Assembly (NCBI GenBank): GCA_013115145.1
Contig: JAAPAO010000035.1
Span: forward strand, 1 to 64,000
DNA: 64,000 nucleotides
Direction of reading: 5' to 3'
Origin: Perkinsus chesapeaki ATCC PRA-425
Lineage: Eukaryota; Protista; Perkinsozoa
The notes beneath the pieces were generated by a model, which had not been told where the DNA came from, searched no databases, and saw only the letters and a program-made list of their open reading frames with translations. Shown piece after piece: positions 1 to 11,524 of the stretch. Positions within the stretch are counted from its first letter, which is position 1; the number at the start of each line of letters is the position of its first letter. Both the position numbers and the translations under genes were made by a program.

Positions 1-20
1 TTGATGCTTTTACTGGCTTT

Positions 21-845
21 ATGGTACATCGCGTGTTATCAGACCATGGTAAAGCTCCTGTATTAGTTGAAGCTCTAAACTCTGTTATGTTAGAACATGG
101 GTTCGTGATGGGTATCTTGTCAGATTCAGACCCCCGGTATAGTTCCGCCGAGATTCTAGCTTGGACGAAAGCTACAGGTATTCGCTGGTCTAGATGCCCT
201 GGTTATACCAGTTATCTCAGTGGATTTCATGAAGCTAAGCATAAATCTATAAATCGTATATTGCGAGGTTTATTACAGAAAAGTCGTTCTAATGGTTATG
301 AAACGGACTGGTATAAATTATTACCGAGAGCTGTTTATTTATGTAACAATGTCTGTCGTCCTTCTCTTGGATGTCCTATATTTCCAGCTGATGGTCACTA
401 TGTTTATGGTAGATCTTTACCCCCTAGTATTTGTCCACTACGTACCTTAAGTGCTGATGCTAAACAATCTCTTGATGATTTGCTACCTTTACCTATACCT
501 ACTACTCGTGAAATTACTAGATTGTTATGGGAGTATTCACAGGTTATTTCTGATGATCACCAATGGGTTGCTGAGAATATCGAAATTGGTCTGAGAAATC
601 GTGATGTGTATGGTGGTGTTAGTATTGCTAGATCAGATTTTGCTAAGTTGAAGATTGGAGATAAGGTGGTGAGATATAACTTTGACTGCTTAACACATAA
701 GCTATCTCAACGTTGGTTGAGTGATATTTATGTGGTATTGGACACTCGTGGTGTTATAGCTGCTATTGCCAAATCTGCTACAGACACTAATATCAAATAT
801 GAATATATTGGTAATTTGAAGAAGATTATAGATGATGATGAGTAA
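21..845 (+). mobile_element. LTR retrotransposon integrase (rve core plus C-terminal GPY/F-like region), 5'-partial pol, probably Ty3/gypsy-like
   Basis: ORF has ILSDSDPRYSS...GIRW...Y...GFHEAKHKSINRIL (D..E catalytic spacing), WYKLLPRAVYLCNN, and KIGDKV...KLSQRW. It is followed by an LTR-like segment. Confidence 0.85.
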
Positions 846-891
846 ATGTTATGCTGTATAATAATAGTTAGTTTGCACCCGGCCCCCGGAG

Positions 892-1077
892 TGTTAGCTA
901 AGTGGCTAAGTATCTTGATATCTTGATATCTTGCTTTCTCACTTTTCTTTATTATAGCTTAGCTGACATAGCAGAATATCTGAATTTCATAATTATTCTG
1001 AGTATACCACTCGTCAGCAGTTATACAAGTACTTTGCGTTCTACCCAGTATCTAGAAGTTACCCGAGTTCGTTAACA
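892..1077 (+). repeat. probable 3' long terminal repeat
   Basis: Starts TGTTAG and ends GTTAACA (TGTTA...TAACA inverted ends), 46 nt after the integrase stop. The partner LTR lies outside the window. Confidence 0.6.
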
Positions 1078-1275
1078 CCGCGATCGCCAGGATCTCCGTA
1101 ACAATCCTACAACGATCGCACGGTAGTATTGCCGCGATGAAATACAAGTTACACCATCGAACATTTCAATAGTAACTCCAACTGGCACAAACATCGTGCC
1201 AGTCGGACTGGCCCAGTCCCACAATGTGGATTCCATAGTGATCTTCTCAGGCTTTATAGTTGACCAATAATTACA

Positions 1276-1785
1276 ATGCACATCTGCAAGACCGTCGTAG
1301 TTCTCACTCTATCCGTGTGCGAGGGGCAGAGTCTGGCTAAGACCACTGAAGACCCGTTATTGGATGCCATTGAGAAAATGTTCAAGGGTTTCGTCGACGG
1401 AACAACGACTAGTCCGAGTTCTGACCACTCGGATGGAGAGAACAGCTTCTTCGACGGCATCAATCTCGATCTCTTCACTCAAAGGCCCTCAACCACGTTA
1501 GATGCTGTCGCTTCCAGTCCGGCACCATCAACATCCAACTCTTTCGGCGGTCTCACTATCGACCCAACGGAAGCGGTTGCAACCCCAGGATTAAGCATCG
1601 TGACAAAACAGGAGATTCTTGAAGATTACACCAGTCTCCTTGTTGCTATACTCATAGTCTTGATCTTAATCCTGGCTATTTTGGTGCTGCAATTGGTTTT
1701 GCCGAAATGTATGACTGGAAAAAGGTCAGAGGCCGCCGATGATCTAGAAGAGAATGCGGGGACAGTTAGCAGTTGTAGAGCATAA
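1276..1785 (+). CDS. mucin-like single-pass surface protein, family copy A (apparently intronless)
   Basis: Hydrophobic N-terminus, SFFDGINLD and FGGLTIDP motifs, S/T/P-rich linkers, DY-TM(LVLQL) and DLEE tail. Confidence 0.8.
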   Translation: MHICKTVVVLTLSVCEGQSLAKTTEDPLLDAIEKMFKGFVDGTTTSPSSDHSDGENSFFDGINLDLFTQRPSTTLDAVASSPAPSTSNSFGGLTIDPTEAVATPGLSIVTKQEILEDYTSLLVAILIVLILILAILVLQLVLPKCMTGKRSEAADDLEENAGTVSSCRA

Positions 1786-2399
1786 AACATGTATATTACA
1801 TGATGTAATGCTGACGTGACGTTAATAACGTCAACCGGCTTTACTATAATTAAGAACATGAAAAACGGCCCGATTATTTTTTGCTGGATCCCCTTGTATC
1901 GCGTTGAGCTTTTTGAGTCTCCATTAGGACCTCCAAGATGTTATCCCCTGAGCTAATGTAGCTGTTGGTTGCCAGTACTACTGGCCCGGTAGCACCCGTG
2001 ACGTCTAAGACATCACTGCTTCCATGATATGGTCACACATGATATGAAACACCAGTAGTTCCTCTCATCGAGGGCCCCGAGTCAGGACTCCCGATACGAC
2101 TCGTGCGTGGCGTGCAATACGCAAATAAAATGGTTACGCAACGAATGGAGCTGCTGGCCTGCTATCAGCAGTACCAGTCAGTCCTACAAATCTCAAGTCC
2201 GAGTTCTGCAGCACAGGTGGCCTGAACACCCTACTTCTCATGACGCTGAAAGTTCCAACCTGAGACACAACGAGAACAGTGTGAGAAACTACTTTTGTCA
2301 TACACTAAGAGAAAGATGAGTATTATATCTGATAATTTAATTATCATCATTATCTTGCAGAGCATAAAGCAAACTGTTGCTCGCATGATATCGTTTGTT

Positions 2400-3812
2400 T
2401 CACGTTCGCACTAAAGGCTCGAATGTACCTGCCGAACCATCCTGCAGGGTTGGTACAGGTCTGAACCACGAAGATGGGTCCACAAGAGCCGACGGGCTAG
2501 ATGATAAGCGCGCCCAATCGGTATTAGTGAGTCTAATACTGCTCACCGCCAAGACCAATGAGAACTCTTTTACTGTAGTCATGTTAGCATACTGGGTTAA
2601 GTCCATGTTATCATACATGCCTCGCTTATGCGCCAGCTTAGCAAATATACCTTCGGTTTGCCAGCAATGGACATGCTTAATCCGGTCGGTCGAAGCCCGC
2701 TCATCACTATGAGAGAATTCATCAAGATTGCCGAATCCCTCACCAGACTTCACAACATTACCGATATGATTCAATGCCACATGACCGCTGTACAAGGAGG
2801 TAACGGGCCAGTGCCAATGAGGCCAGCTCAAAGTTGACGCGCAGCACTTCTCGTACTCCGAGAACTCTTGCGTGAGTAACCACCGCGCTACCGATACACT
2901 CAGTCGAGCAGCTGCTCGGACCAGGCGGAACTCTCCAAACCAGGTGCTGCCAAAATTGTGCTTGTCGAAGTCGTTCCGAAGTTCCAGAGTGGCCGACACA
3001 TACGGCAGATGCCGTGCAGTATTCTCGATCATATAGCCCCCCGTTCCAGCGATGAGATTAACCTCTTGTGGTAGCGTCCAATTGTAAAAGCCTGGCATCA
3101 GGAAAACGTCGGCATCCGTTCTCAGTGCACTATCATAAATGTAACCGTCGTACTCGGCCATAGATAATATGCTATTCATATAGGCAGCATACCCCATGAG
3201 AGGATCCTCAGGTTCACCGATCGGTGTGCTTCTCGACTCGATAGGCGTGTAAGGAGCAATGACGCAGCTCGACGGGCCCCAATCGTTATGGCGGGGTTGA
3301 GTTTTACACCCAAGGCTTACAGCGAGATCGGAACCAGCTAGCTCGGTTAGAACGACGAGATCCGTTTTCAGTGTAGCCGGCTCGTGTGCCACCGCCAGGA
3401 GCCATGAAAGGTATAGAGCCTTGAACTCACGGGTGAAACCTTCAACCTTATCAGCCGGGAGACACACAAACACTCCGCGAACGTGAATGTGCGACTTGTT
3501 GCGCCCTTGCGCTAGAACTTCAAGTACAGAATCCACCTCCAGGGCCATTTCGTGAGTTTCGGCCTTCAGTCGGGCCCGTCCCTGGGGAGTCTTCCAGTAG
3601 GCCTCACTCCCGATAATCTCCCAGATGGGTCGAGACGTAGCCGTGGCATAAGTGAGCGAATTGTTGGTCTCAATGGAATGACGAAAACTTCTAGAAGGAA
3701 CCAGGAACGGTTTTCGTTTTAGATCATCATAGTGCAGGTGTGGCCACATGCCGAATTGCAAGCCCAAAAGGATGATTCCAGCGGTCACCGTAAAGACTGT
3801 TAGAACCACCAT
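2400..3812 (-). CDS. type II membrane protein with DxD motif, glycosyltransferase-like, function unknown
   Basis: Uninterrupted 470-aa ORF with an N-terminal hydrophobic anchor, LRTDADVFL, FGSTWFG, WPHWHWPV.SLY.GH.ALNH and HVHCW. Confidence 0.7.
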   Translation of the reverse strand: MVVLTVFTVTAGIILLGLQFGMWPHLHYDDLKRKPFLVPSRSFRHSIETNNSLTYATATSRPIWEIIGSEAYWKTPQGRARLKAETHEMALEVDSVLEVLAQGRNKSHIHVRGVFVCLPADKVEGFTREFKALYLSWLLAVAHEPATLKTDLVVLTELAGSDLAVSLGCKTQPRHNDWGPSSCVIAPYTPIESRSTPIGEPEDPLMGYAAYMNSILSMAEYDGYIYDSALRTDADVFLMPGFYNWTLPQEVNLIAGTGGYMIENTARHLPYVSATLELRNDFDKHNFGSTWFGEFRLVRAAARLSVSVARWLLTQEFSEYEKCCASTLSWPHWHWPVTSLYSGHVALNHIGNVVKSGEGFGNLDEFSHSDERASTDRIKHVHCWQTEGIFAKLAHKRGMYDNMDLTQYANMTTVKEFSLVLAVSSIRLTNTDWARLSSSPSALVDPSSWFRPVPTLQDGSAGTFEPLVRT

Positions 3813-4236
3813 TAAAATAAAAAACTGTCAACAGTAGCTACCCGCACTTCAAAAACTTTCGGGACTAGAAGCAATAACAGTGCTGCACTGCCAGTGCTAC
3901 AGCAGCACGCCCCCTCATAAGATGCCCAGAAAGCAATTCAGCCATGGACATTCCGAATCGAGATTCGAAATTTTCGTTATCAGGCGAAAATCTCAATAAT
4001 TCACTCGCCCACAACACAGCCAATGCGCGTACCTCAGGCGCAGTACCACAGCTGCTATGCCAGATGCTTGGCTACCCAACAATATTTGTTAAATGCGATC
4101 TCGAACTCGACACCCATGGTAAAAGAATCACCACTACACAGAACGATACTCCACTGGGTTGGGAGCGATTTGAAGCTATCAATGCTATTTCAGCAGCGGT
4201 AAACAATGACTTTGAGCAGGGCAGCAGCGTCTATAT

Positions 4237-5765
4237 CTAATTCTGATCACGGCTCTTAACACAGCAAGGAGCGTGGCTTTCGTCTTCAACGACTTTCACC
4301 TGAAAGAAAGTGTTCCGATGGATGCGGCCACCATGGCCAAGCCACGTCGAACTTACAATCTCGGTATGGTCGGCCTCGGGACCCAATTTAGCCTCGGCCT
4401 CATTGACCAGTTTCATGGCCAACTCCGACATAGGATTATAAACTCCTTCGCCCTGAATAAAGGTTACGTAAGATAATACACTTGCTGATATACCCGCTAA
4501 TGCTAGTGACTTACCTCCATAAGGCGCAGCGCATTGGCAACATCCTTCTGGAGACCGGCCATGTTGAAGCCGTAATCGAACTTCCCTGGAACGAACAAGT
4601 TGCTGCTCAGCAAATAACGAGCAGGTTATTATTACGTGTCAAAATATTCTTGGGAAAACGTCCCTGGAGTACAAAAGTGCGCCCGCTAGAGGTATCGATG
4701 GCATCTAGAGCAGCCTGGACGTCAACTCCAGCCTTAGCCAGGGTAACCATTGCCTCCGAGCCCATCAATAAGTTTGCTGCCAGAAGTGCATTATTTATGG
4801 ACTGAAATATGAAATCAGAATGGATTAATAGAGGATTGCCCTACTTTAACAGCGTGGCCACTGCCAACAGGCCCCAGCCCAAAAACATGACCGCCAGGCG
4901 CGCCAGACCAGCAGTTTATCAAACGGCGAACGCCTGAAAGTCCTCACATGCATGCATGTACCGATTCTCCCGACGTCACACCTGATTCTTGGTCGTCCAC
5001 AAGAGACGGGTCCTGCGACCCCACCATTGACGTTAAAACACCTGCCTTCGCTCCCTGGCATCCACGTAATTGTCACAATTGGCAATGTAATAACGTGTCT
5101 TACATGTGGTCCTCCGCTAACAGCGCAATCAGTAAAAACTGTTTCCCGTCGAGCAGCACTATCCTGCGCAGACACTGTGGAAAGCCTCTCTGCGACGGCT
5201 TTGGTGAGAGGTGGGTAGCCGCTTGTACAGTCAACCCAGTACAGCTTCGGACCTTGAACAGAAAGCATGGACTCCGTGCTTCGTGCGCAGTAGAGTAGTT
5301 TCACGTGCGTTCTCCTTGTGTGGTGCTTCAAGCATAGTAGGATCCTTAACAATTGTGTCCGCTAATTGCGACACTTCGTTGGATGTCGGCACGCAGGTTA
5401 CCATATAGAGGGACGATACCGACCGGTTCGCCTGATTGAAGGAAACGATGCGGTCAACTGCGGCTTGCCTTGCATAGTCGCGAGTACCTCTAGCCACGAT
5501 CGTATCGAAGGTACTGGCTTGGTATCAAAGCCTACGTCCTCAGAGGCTTTAGTAGCACGATCGATACCACTTGTCGAAAAAATATTAACACGATGCCTGA
5601 TCACAAGTGAGGAATGTCAAGACGGAACAGGCGAACGGAGATACGATGCTACCCAGCAGCGGCAATACGACGACAGAGGGGAAGTCCAAGTTTCCCCAGA
5701 CCAATCATTAACACATTTAGCGGCTTGGCACCAGAAGCGGCCGCAACGGAGCTGACTGAGGACAT
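4237..5765 (-). CDS. beta-hydroxyacid (3-hydroxyisobutyrate-like) dehydrogenase, multi-exon
   Basis: Exons read on the minus strand: NVLMIGLGKLGLPLCRRIAAAG (Rossmann), WVDCTSG, FTDCAVSGGP, GPVGSGHAVK|SINNALLAANLLMGSEAMVTLAKAGVD...SSGR, GFNMAGLQKD and LGPEADHTEI. Confidence 0.85.
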
Positions 5766-6099
5766 GAACAAAGAGGAAAGTTAAGAAACCTTAAATGAAC
5801 TCCCGAAAAGAGAGAACCCCGATACTTCCAAGTTAAGAGAATTGGAGTCTGCAACATCAAGAGCCACACGCCAAACCCAACTGACATATTATTCACTGGA
5901 AGGACATATCACTGGAAGGTTTTTCAATTGCGACGTCAATCTCCATTTCTTTGGGGTCTTCTCTTTATGGGCTCACAATAAGCAAGAGCACTCAGTTACT
6001 ACGACCCGTGTTCAATGTACTACAAAACTCGACAGTTACTTGATACGTACGGTGATCTAGAAACGTAAAAAGCTGGTAGGTCATCGATTGTGTAGCCTT

Positions 6100-7759
6100 C
6101 TATTCATCTTTCTTATCGGCGCTTTCCTCTTCTTCGTCTTCATCGTCATCATCCTCGTCGTCACCCTCATGGACATCAACTTCGATGTCCTCGAGAATCT
6201 TCTCGATCAGGGCCTTGGTATCTTTGGGAGCGTCGGCGGGCTTGGCGATCTTCTCAATCATCCACACGGCGAGTGTCTCATTCTCGGCCAAGGCTTGCAT
6301 GAGGATCTCGTTGATGTCGCCTAGTTCGGCCATATCAATTTCATCACCCTCTTGCAGCTCAGCATTTTCGCCTTCTTCGGCAGTATCACCTAACGCCCCG
6401 AAACACAGAATTCGCTATCAAATTCATATCAGATTTGTTACCCTCAGGGGCGTTGTCGTCCGTTGCGGCTTTCTCCACCGTCTCTTTCTGAGGAGCTGCT
6501 TCTGTCTCTTCCTGGCCTTCTTCTTCCTCCTCATCCTCATCATCAATATCAGGTAGTTCAATATCATCCCCACCATCATCTAGTACATGGCATGAAATCT
6601 TGTACGAAACATCGTCGGCTCCGGACAGCAAACCAGGTAAAATAGTCTCCCTCAAGACCTACAATAGCATGGTGGCAACGTCTATGGACAAAAGATGTCA
6701 CCTTCACTCCGGATTCCTCGAATGGGCCAAACATTGTGCTCCAGACCAGCTGACCGCCGACCTTCAGGGCCTCTCCTTCGGCCTTGCACAACTTCTGGAC
6801 ATGTTCAGCGCCGGTCTCATCAGCAAGGAGACCATCGATAGTCGCCTTATCAAGGAACATATCGACCTCACCTGACAAACAGCAGTCCTTTCCCGTCACT
6901 AAATTTCATCCAAAAGAGAGAGAGGGTCCGGCCCTCGGGGCCTTTCACTTTGTCCACTGACTCCAGAAATCGTGCGTGTGCTAATCCACATCGGAGTATG
7001 TGGAACATACCCGGAAATGCTCACCTGGCTTGACTATCTCGGGGCACATCTCGGCAGCCTCCTTATTGTGATACTCCACATCTTTGAAGTGTTCCTTGCA
7101 CAGCTCAATAGCGCTGGGGGAGTAGTCGAGACCAACCAAGCGACCAGTATATCCAGCATCGCGCATTGACTTGAGAAACGATGACACCTATGGACAGAGC
7201 CTATGAACTTGGGGAATGTTTGCAGACTCAACATTATAAAGCTGATGTACGTGTGGATTGTCTTCAATATAGTTACGCTGCTGTAGCCTCTAGTCAAGCA
7301 GCAGCAAGACATTGACTACAATTCATAATGAATAATTCATTAAAATATCCTCGAAAAATGTTATTCGGAAACAGCCAAAAGGACAAATGTAACCACCTAC
7401 TCCGCATCCTATGTCAACCACGGTGATGTCTTTTTTCTCAGGCAAAAGCTCCTTCATAGCCTCAAAACTGAAATGCCACTCGTCGGTAGAATCGGCATCA
7501 TCATCTTCAGCGGCATCCTCTTTATCTGATAGCAAATCTCTGACCAGCTCCATAAGACCCGACTGCCATTACTGGCCTTCTTTTCATCGTTAGTTCCCTC
7601 GTCGGTAAGCCTTTGTTTTTTTGCCTTATAACGCTTCTCCCAATAGCTAGCATCGCCATAGTGACGGAAGTCCTTCTCGCCGTCCTCATCGGCATCAGCA
7701 ATCTCATGAGCTGCTCGCTTCTTACTACCCGTTTCGGTGGCGGATGGGGTGACAGTCAT
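6100..7759 (-). CDS. class I SAM methyltransferase (EFM4/METTL13/EEF1AKMT4-like) with acidic C-terminal extension, multi-exon
   Basis: YGDASYWEKRY, DEWHFSFEAMKELL, VVDIGCG, GLDYSPSAI and FLDKATID. A 38-nt GT-AG intron (7563-7526) joins the first two frames. Confidence 0.8.
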
Positions 7760-8357
7760 TAGAGACGGGGCGAAGGGAAGAACTGATCGAAATAAATGCA
7801 AGAGTGGAAGACTTTAAAATCCTAGCTAGCACGAGTCCGGCTACACTGAAATAACGAACGTACTGCCACAACCTACGGCAGCCGTCGTTGTACACAGTCT
7901 TCAGAGTTCTGGCGAATTCGGGTATTTTTTTGACATGCTTGAATATGTGTGGTGGCATGGCCGCCGGAAGCCTTCGCCCTGATCTTAGATTAGTGATGAA
8001 TCATCACTGATGATCACTGATTGATCTTATAGAAAGAAGTCATTACAAACGATTTAATACGGAAAGGTGGCTTGCCATAAGTCCGCAGGTGATACAGTAC
8101 CCTCATGAAGCAGATCTGGGGAGATAATCACCGAATTTACCGAAGGGGCAATCGCTAGCTCTTCAGCCAATATACTCGAGGAGTTTTCAAGCAGGTACCA
8201 AAGGCCGCATAAGGACTGAGAGAACGACAGCCTCTCGTACGTATGAACCCTAAACCAACGATCGTGACTTTGCCTCGTGCTCTGCTTCTGGACGTTACAC
8301 GCCAAGACGGTGGTGTCACGGTGTCATAACAGCTGCCGCGTCGTGCGACACATCCGA

Positions 8358-8404
8358 TTTTCGTGCAAGTTTCCTGCATTTAGGCAAAAAAGGCGTCGAC
8401 GACC
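8358..8404 (+). promoter_or_regulatory. conserved upstream module TTCGTGCA-N7-TGCATTTAGG...GTCGACGACC
   Basis: Recurs upstream of the surface-protein paralogs. Function is inferred only. Confidence 0.45.
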
Positions 8405-8479
8405 GCTGGTCGTAGGAATGGGCACTAGTCGAGGTAACAGCTGGTTTTCTCAGATATAATTGGTTTATCTGATCGTAGA

Positions 8480-8569
8480 ATGAAGTTCTCCACTATACTC
8501 TGCGCTCCCTGCATTGCTTTCTGTGGCGCATGGTTTGAAGGCCTGTCTGTCGAAGCCTTCGACTCATAG
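8480..8569 (+). pseudogene. truncated surface-protein paralog (signal peptide plus first motif only)
   Basis: MKFSTILCAPCIAFCGAWFEGLSVEAFDS* matches the family start (e.g. LCVPSGAFFEDLHVED). It has the same upstream module and an AG acceptor at 8453. Confidence 0.6.
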
Positions 8570-8616
8570 GAGAATTCACTGCTTTACAGGGAATACCCAC
8601 CACTGGATTAGATAAT

Positions 8617-8860
8617 GTAATTTAAATAAAGTACTGTATTAAATCCAGTGCTTTATTTAAATTACCCAAAGTTTGGGTCATTATTCGGGATTATTTGGGT
8701 CAAGCCATTTAATATATAGTTTGGGTCCCAAACTATATATAATATATAATATAATATATAATATAACATATTAATATATAATATATTAAATATCATACAT
8801 AAGAATCTCATGATAAAATATATCACTTAGCTAATAAAAAAATAAATTCGTGAATAAATA
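8617..8860. repeat. AT-rich island with two hairpins
   Basis: 20-bp inverted repeat at 8617-8636/8646-8665 (one mismatch), perfect 14-bp inverted repeat at 8712-8725/8727-8740, then an (ATATA)n tract. Confidence 0.8.
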
Positions 8861-8965
8861 CACTAAATACCCATGACTTGAATTGTTGGGGCCGAATGCT
8901 ATCTCATCCGGTTCGAGGAAAGCCTTTCCCGAAAAGGTATACTCCCGCCAGGGCTCGCGCAGGGA

Positions 8966-8991
8966 TTTCGTGCAACTAACATGCAATTAGG
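8966..8991 (+). promoter_or_regulatory. conserved upstream TGCA module (copy B)
   Basis: TTTCGTGCAACTAACATGCAATTAGG, about 135 nt before ATG 9128. Confidence 0.45.
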
Positions 8992-9127
8992 TCACTTTTT
9001 CCGCGACCGCAGGCGCGGCGGTCGCGGTCGGGAGGATTTGTGGAGCTTGCACTCAGTGCAATGCACTGCGCAACTGTGGTTGGTCCTTGAAGCGAACATT
9101 TTCAGCTATTTAAAAGCCTATATTGTT

Positions 9128-9707
9128 ATGATTAGACAAGCTATCCTTCTCATTCTCTGCGTGCCTTCAGGGGCATTCTTCGAAGATTTGCATGTTGAAG
9201 ACTCAAGTGCGCTTGCCGGGTTGAACTTGGACGATGCTTCTTCGGCGACAAGCCCGAGGCCACTTGGTACACTCAAGCTCGGCACAGCAGTTACTCCGCG
9301 GCCGGGCTTATTCGAGGAATTGGCGATCGAGTCTATTCTCACGACAAGTACGGCCTCACATGTGGTGGATGAAGGCGAAGACACTGCAGCCCCAGGAATG
9401 AGCAACAGCTCTAAGCAAATGGAGAGCCCTAACTTAGGTGGACCTAGGGACTACCATGTGGTCCTAACTGCCTTACTTATCATTACCTCATTAGTCTGGG
9501 TAGTAGGCATGTTGCAGCTATGGGCCCTGATGAAGCTTGCTTCGGCTGCCCATCGGGAAAGGATAATTACAGACTTGGAGCAGGGGTAATAGCGATTATC
9601 TTGCCACTCCATGGCGGACACGCTTTAGTCTGAGTCATTTTAGGCATACGCTCGAGAAAGGGAGCATCAACTTCGACAATGAAGAAAATGCCGGAGTCGG
9701 CTCATAA
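9128..9707 (+). CDS. surface protein copy B (exons 9128-9585, 9644-9707; 173 aa)
   Basis: Signal peptide, FFEDLHVED and GLFEELAIES motifs, DY-TM(GMLQL), DLEQG. A phase-2 intron keeps the frame to GHTLEKG...GVGS*. Confidence 0.85.
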
Positions 9708-10547
9708 TTAAACAAACGATATTAGTATTATCATATTACACGTCAACGACGTGACGTCATGGCCGGGAAATGATGACCCTGACGCTGTGCCATAAGTAGT
9801 GGTGTCTGATAAAATCATCAATCCGGTTTTGTGTTAATATTAGTTCGATTCAAAACATGCCCACACTGTGCGTCGTAAAACAATACTTAGGATGTCCCAG
9901 CCTGGCTGTCTAGCTAACCCGAAGAGCAGAACAATGAGACAATCACCCGCGGACGAACTTCACAAAGCGGATAAAGTTAGTAGTCCGATTGGGACTTCCG
10001 ATGGACGAGTACCACTGGGAATACCTCTTGTTATAATATTATGAAAACGATGGGAACGTCGCAGAGTTCTTCCTCTACCTGTTGATCCAAAATCTGTATA
10101 ACAACACACTAGCTTGAGGGAGTCAGCGCCGCGAGGCTCTCAGAGGCTCTGAAGCAGAGCCTGGCTCTGACCTACTACTTGCAGCTCAATGTACTCATCC
10201 GCTGTGATATACTGTGAAACTTCAAGTTTCCAACTTGCCAAGCTCAGCTTGGTCCAAAGCGTACACAACATTAGAAATCCCAAGTCTTATGTAACAGTTA
10301 CATAACAGTTACATTGTAACTTACCAGGAGGAAAGCTGAAGTTAAATCACGGTTTCCAGTCAGCTCACTCGTGCCTCTGAAGCACGGGGTGACGAGTTTG
10401 TGAGAAATGCCCTATGAGATTTGTGAGACTTCATCGTTCTATCGTACTTGTACGTACCAGAATACTCCGGGAGTATTACTCCCCCATTGAAATTTGATAC
10501 TTCCCACGAAATTTAACGGTTAAATTTTAACCGGTGCCCCTATTCAG

Positions 10548-10890
10548 TAGTCAAGCAGCAGGGTAGTGACTATCATAGACTTCAGAGTGATGTTACTCGG
10601 CAACACGTGTCAAAAGGACAAATGTAACCACCTACCCCGCATCCTATGTCAACCACGGTGATGCACTTTTCTCAGGCAAAAGCTCCTCCATAGCCTCAAA
10701 ACTGGAATGCCACTCGTCATTAGAATAAGCATCATAGTCTTCAGCGGCATACTCTTCATCTGACAGTAAATCTGCGACCAGCTCCATGTAAGCCGACTGC
10801 CATTGCTGGCCTTCTCCTCATCGTTATTTCCCTAGTCGGTAAGCATTTGCTTCTTCGTCCTATAACGCTTCTCCCAATAGCTAGCGCCTC
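10548..10890 (-). pseudogene. pseudogene fragment of the methyltransferase at 6100-7759
   Basis: Clear nucleotide match to 7291-7657, with an in-frame TAG (MLTD*G) and a 1-nt deletion before ITVVDIGCG. The 38-nt intron is retained. Confidence 0.9.
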
Positions 10891-11329
10891 CATATAGTAC
10901 TGTATACGATTGTATATGTACGACCGCCCTTTATAAGCCGAGCGGCCGACGGCCTCATCTAATAGAAACAAGGGCCTTGTTACAAGGCACGACTAACAAA
11001 TGGGTACCACTCAGACAAGTGACCTGACCCTAGCGAGCAGAGAATGCAGTGGCCTCATAGTATAGATAAGAACCAGATTAAGAGTCTCTTAATAAGAGAC
11101 ACAATCGCCGATTCTACCGGAGGGACAATTGCTAGTTCCTCACTGAGGAGTCCTCAGCCATTATTCGTATAAGAGGCGAGATCAGGATACGGGGAACGAC
11201 AACTGTTTACCCATAGCGTTTTCCCAGTGAAGGCTAAACCCACGAACGAGGGTGCTTCATATTCAACCTCCGGACACGTCGTGCCCCATACGACACTCGA
11301 CAGCTGTCGCACGCGGGCGACACGTCCGA

Positions 11330-11356
11330 TTTTCATGCAAATTACCTGCATTTAGG
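11330..11356 (+). promoter_or_regulatory. conserved upstream TGCA module (copy C)
   Basis: TTTTCATGCAAATTACCTGCATTTAGG. The flank 11110-11360 resembles 8140-8390. Confidence 0.45.
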
Positions 11357-11524
11357 CCAATGTCCGCAGCATTCTGCGATCAACGCAGATTAATCCCTAA
11401 AGAGAGTCGTGGCAAATAGGTAGCCCCATTCTTGGAAGAGCTATGTTTCATATTATGAAATTCATAAGCACTGTTCCATTGAGCAACGTGCTTTCAGCTT
11501 CATTAGTTTTAATACTATATTGAT

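Noticed and set aside
7526-7563. Apparent frameshift in the methyltransferase between YWEKRY and DEW...DIGCG
   Set aside because: Explained by a 38-nt GT-AG intron that is also conserved in the pseudogene copy.
8981-9127. N-terminal ORF extensions of copies B, E (18694) and F (22340)
   Set aside because: They overlap the upstream motif or acceptor and lack signal-peptide character. Downstream ATGs align across paralogs.
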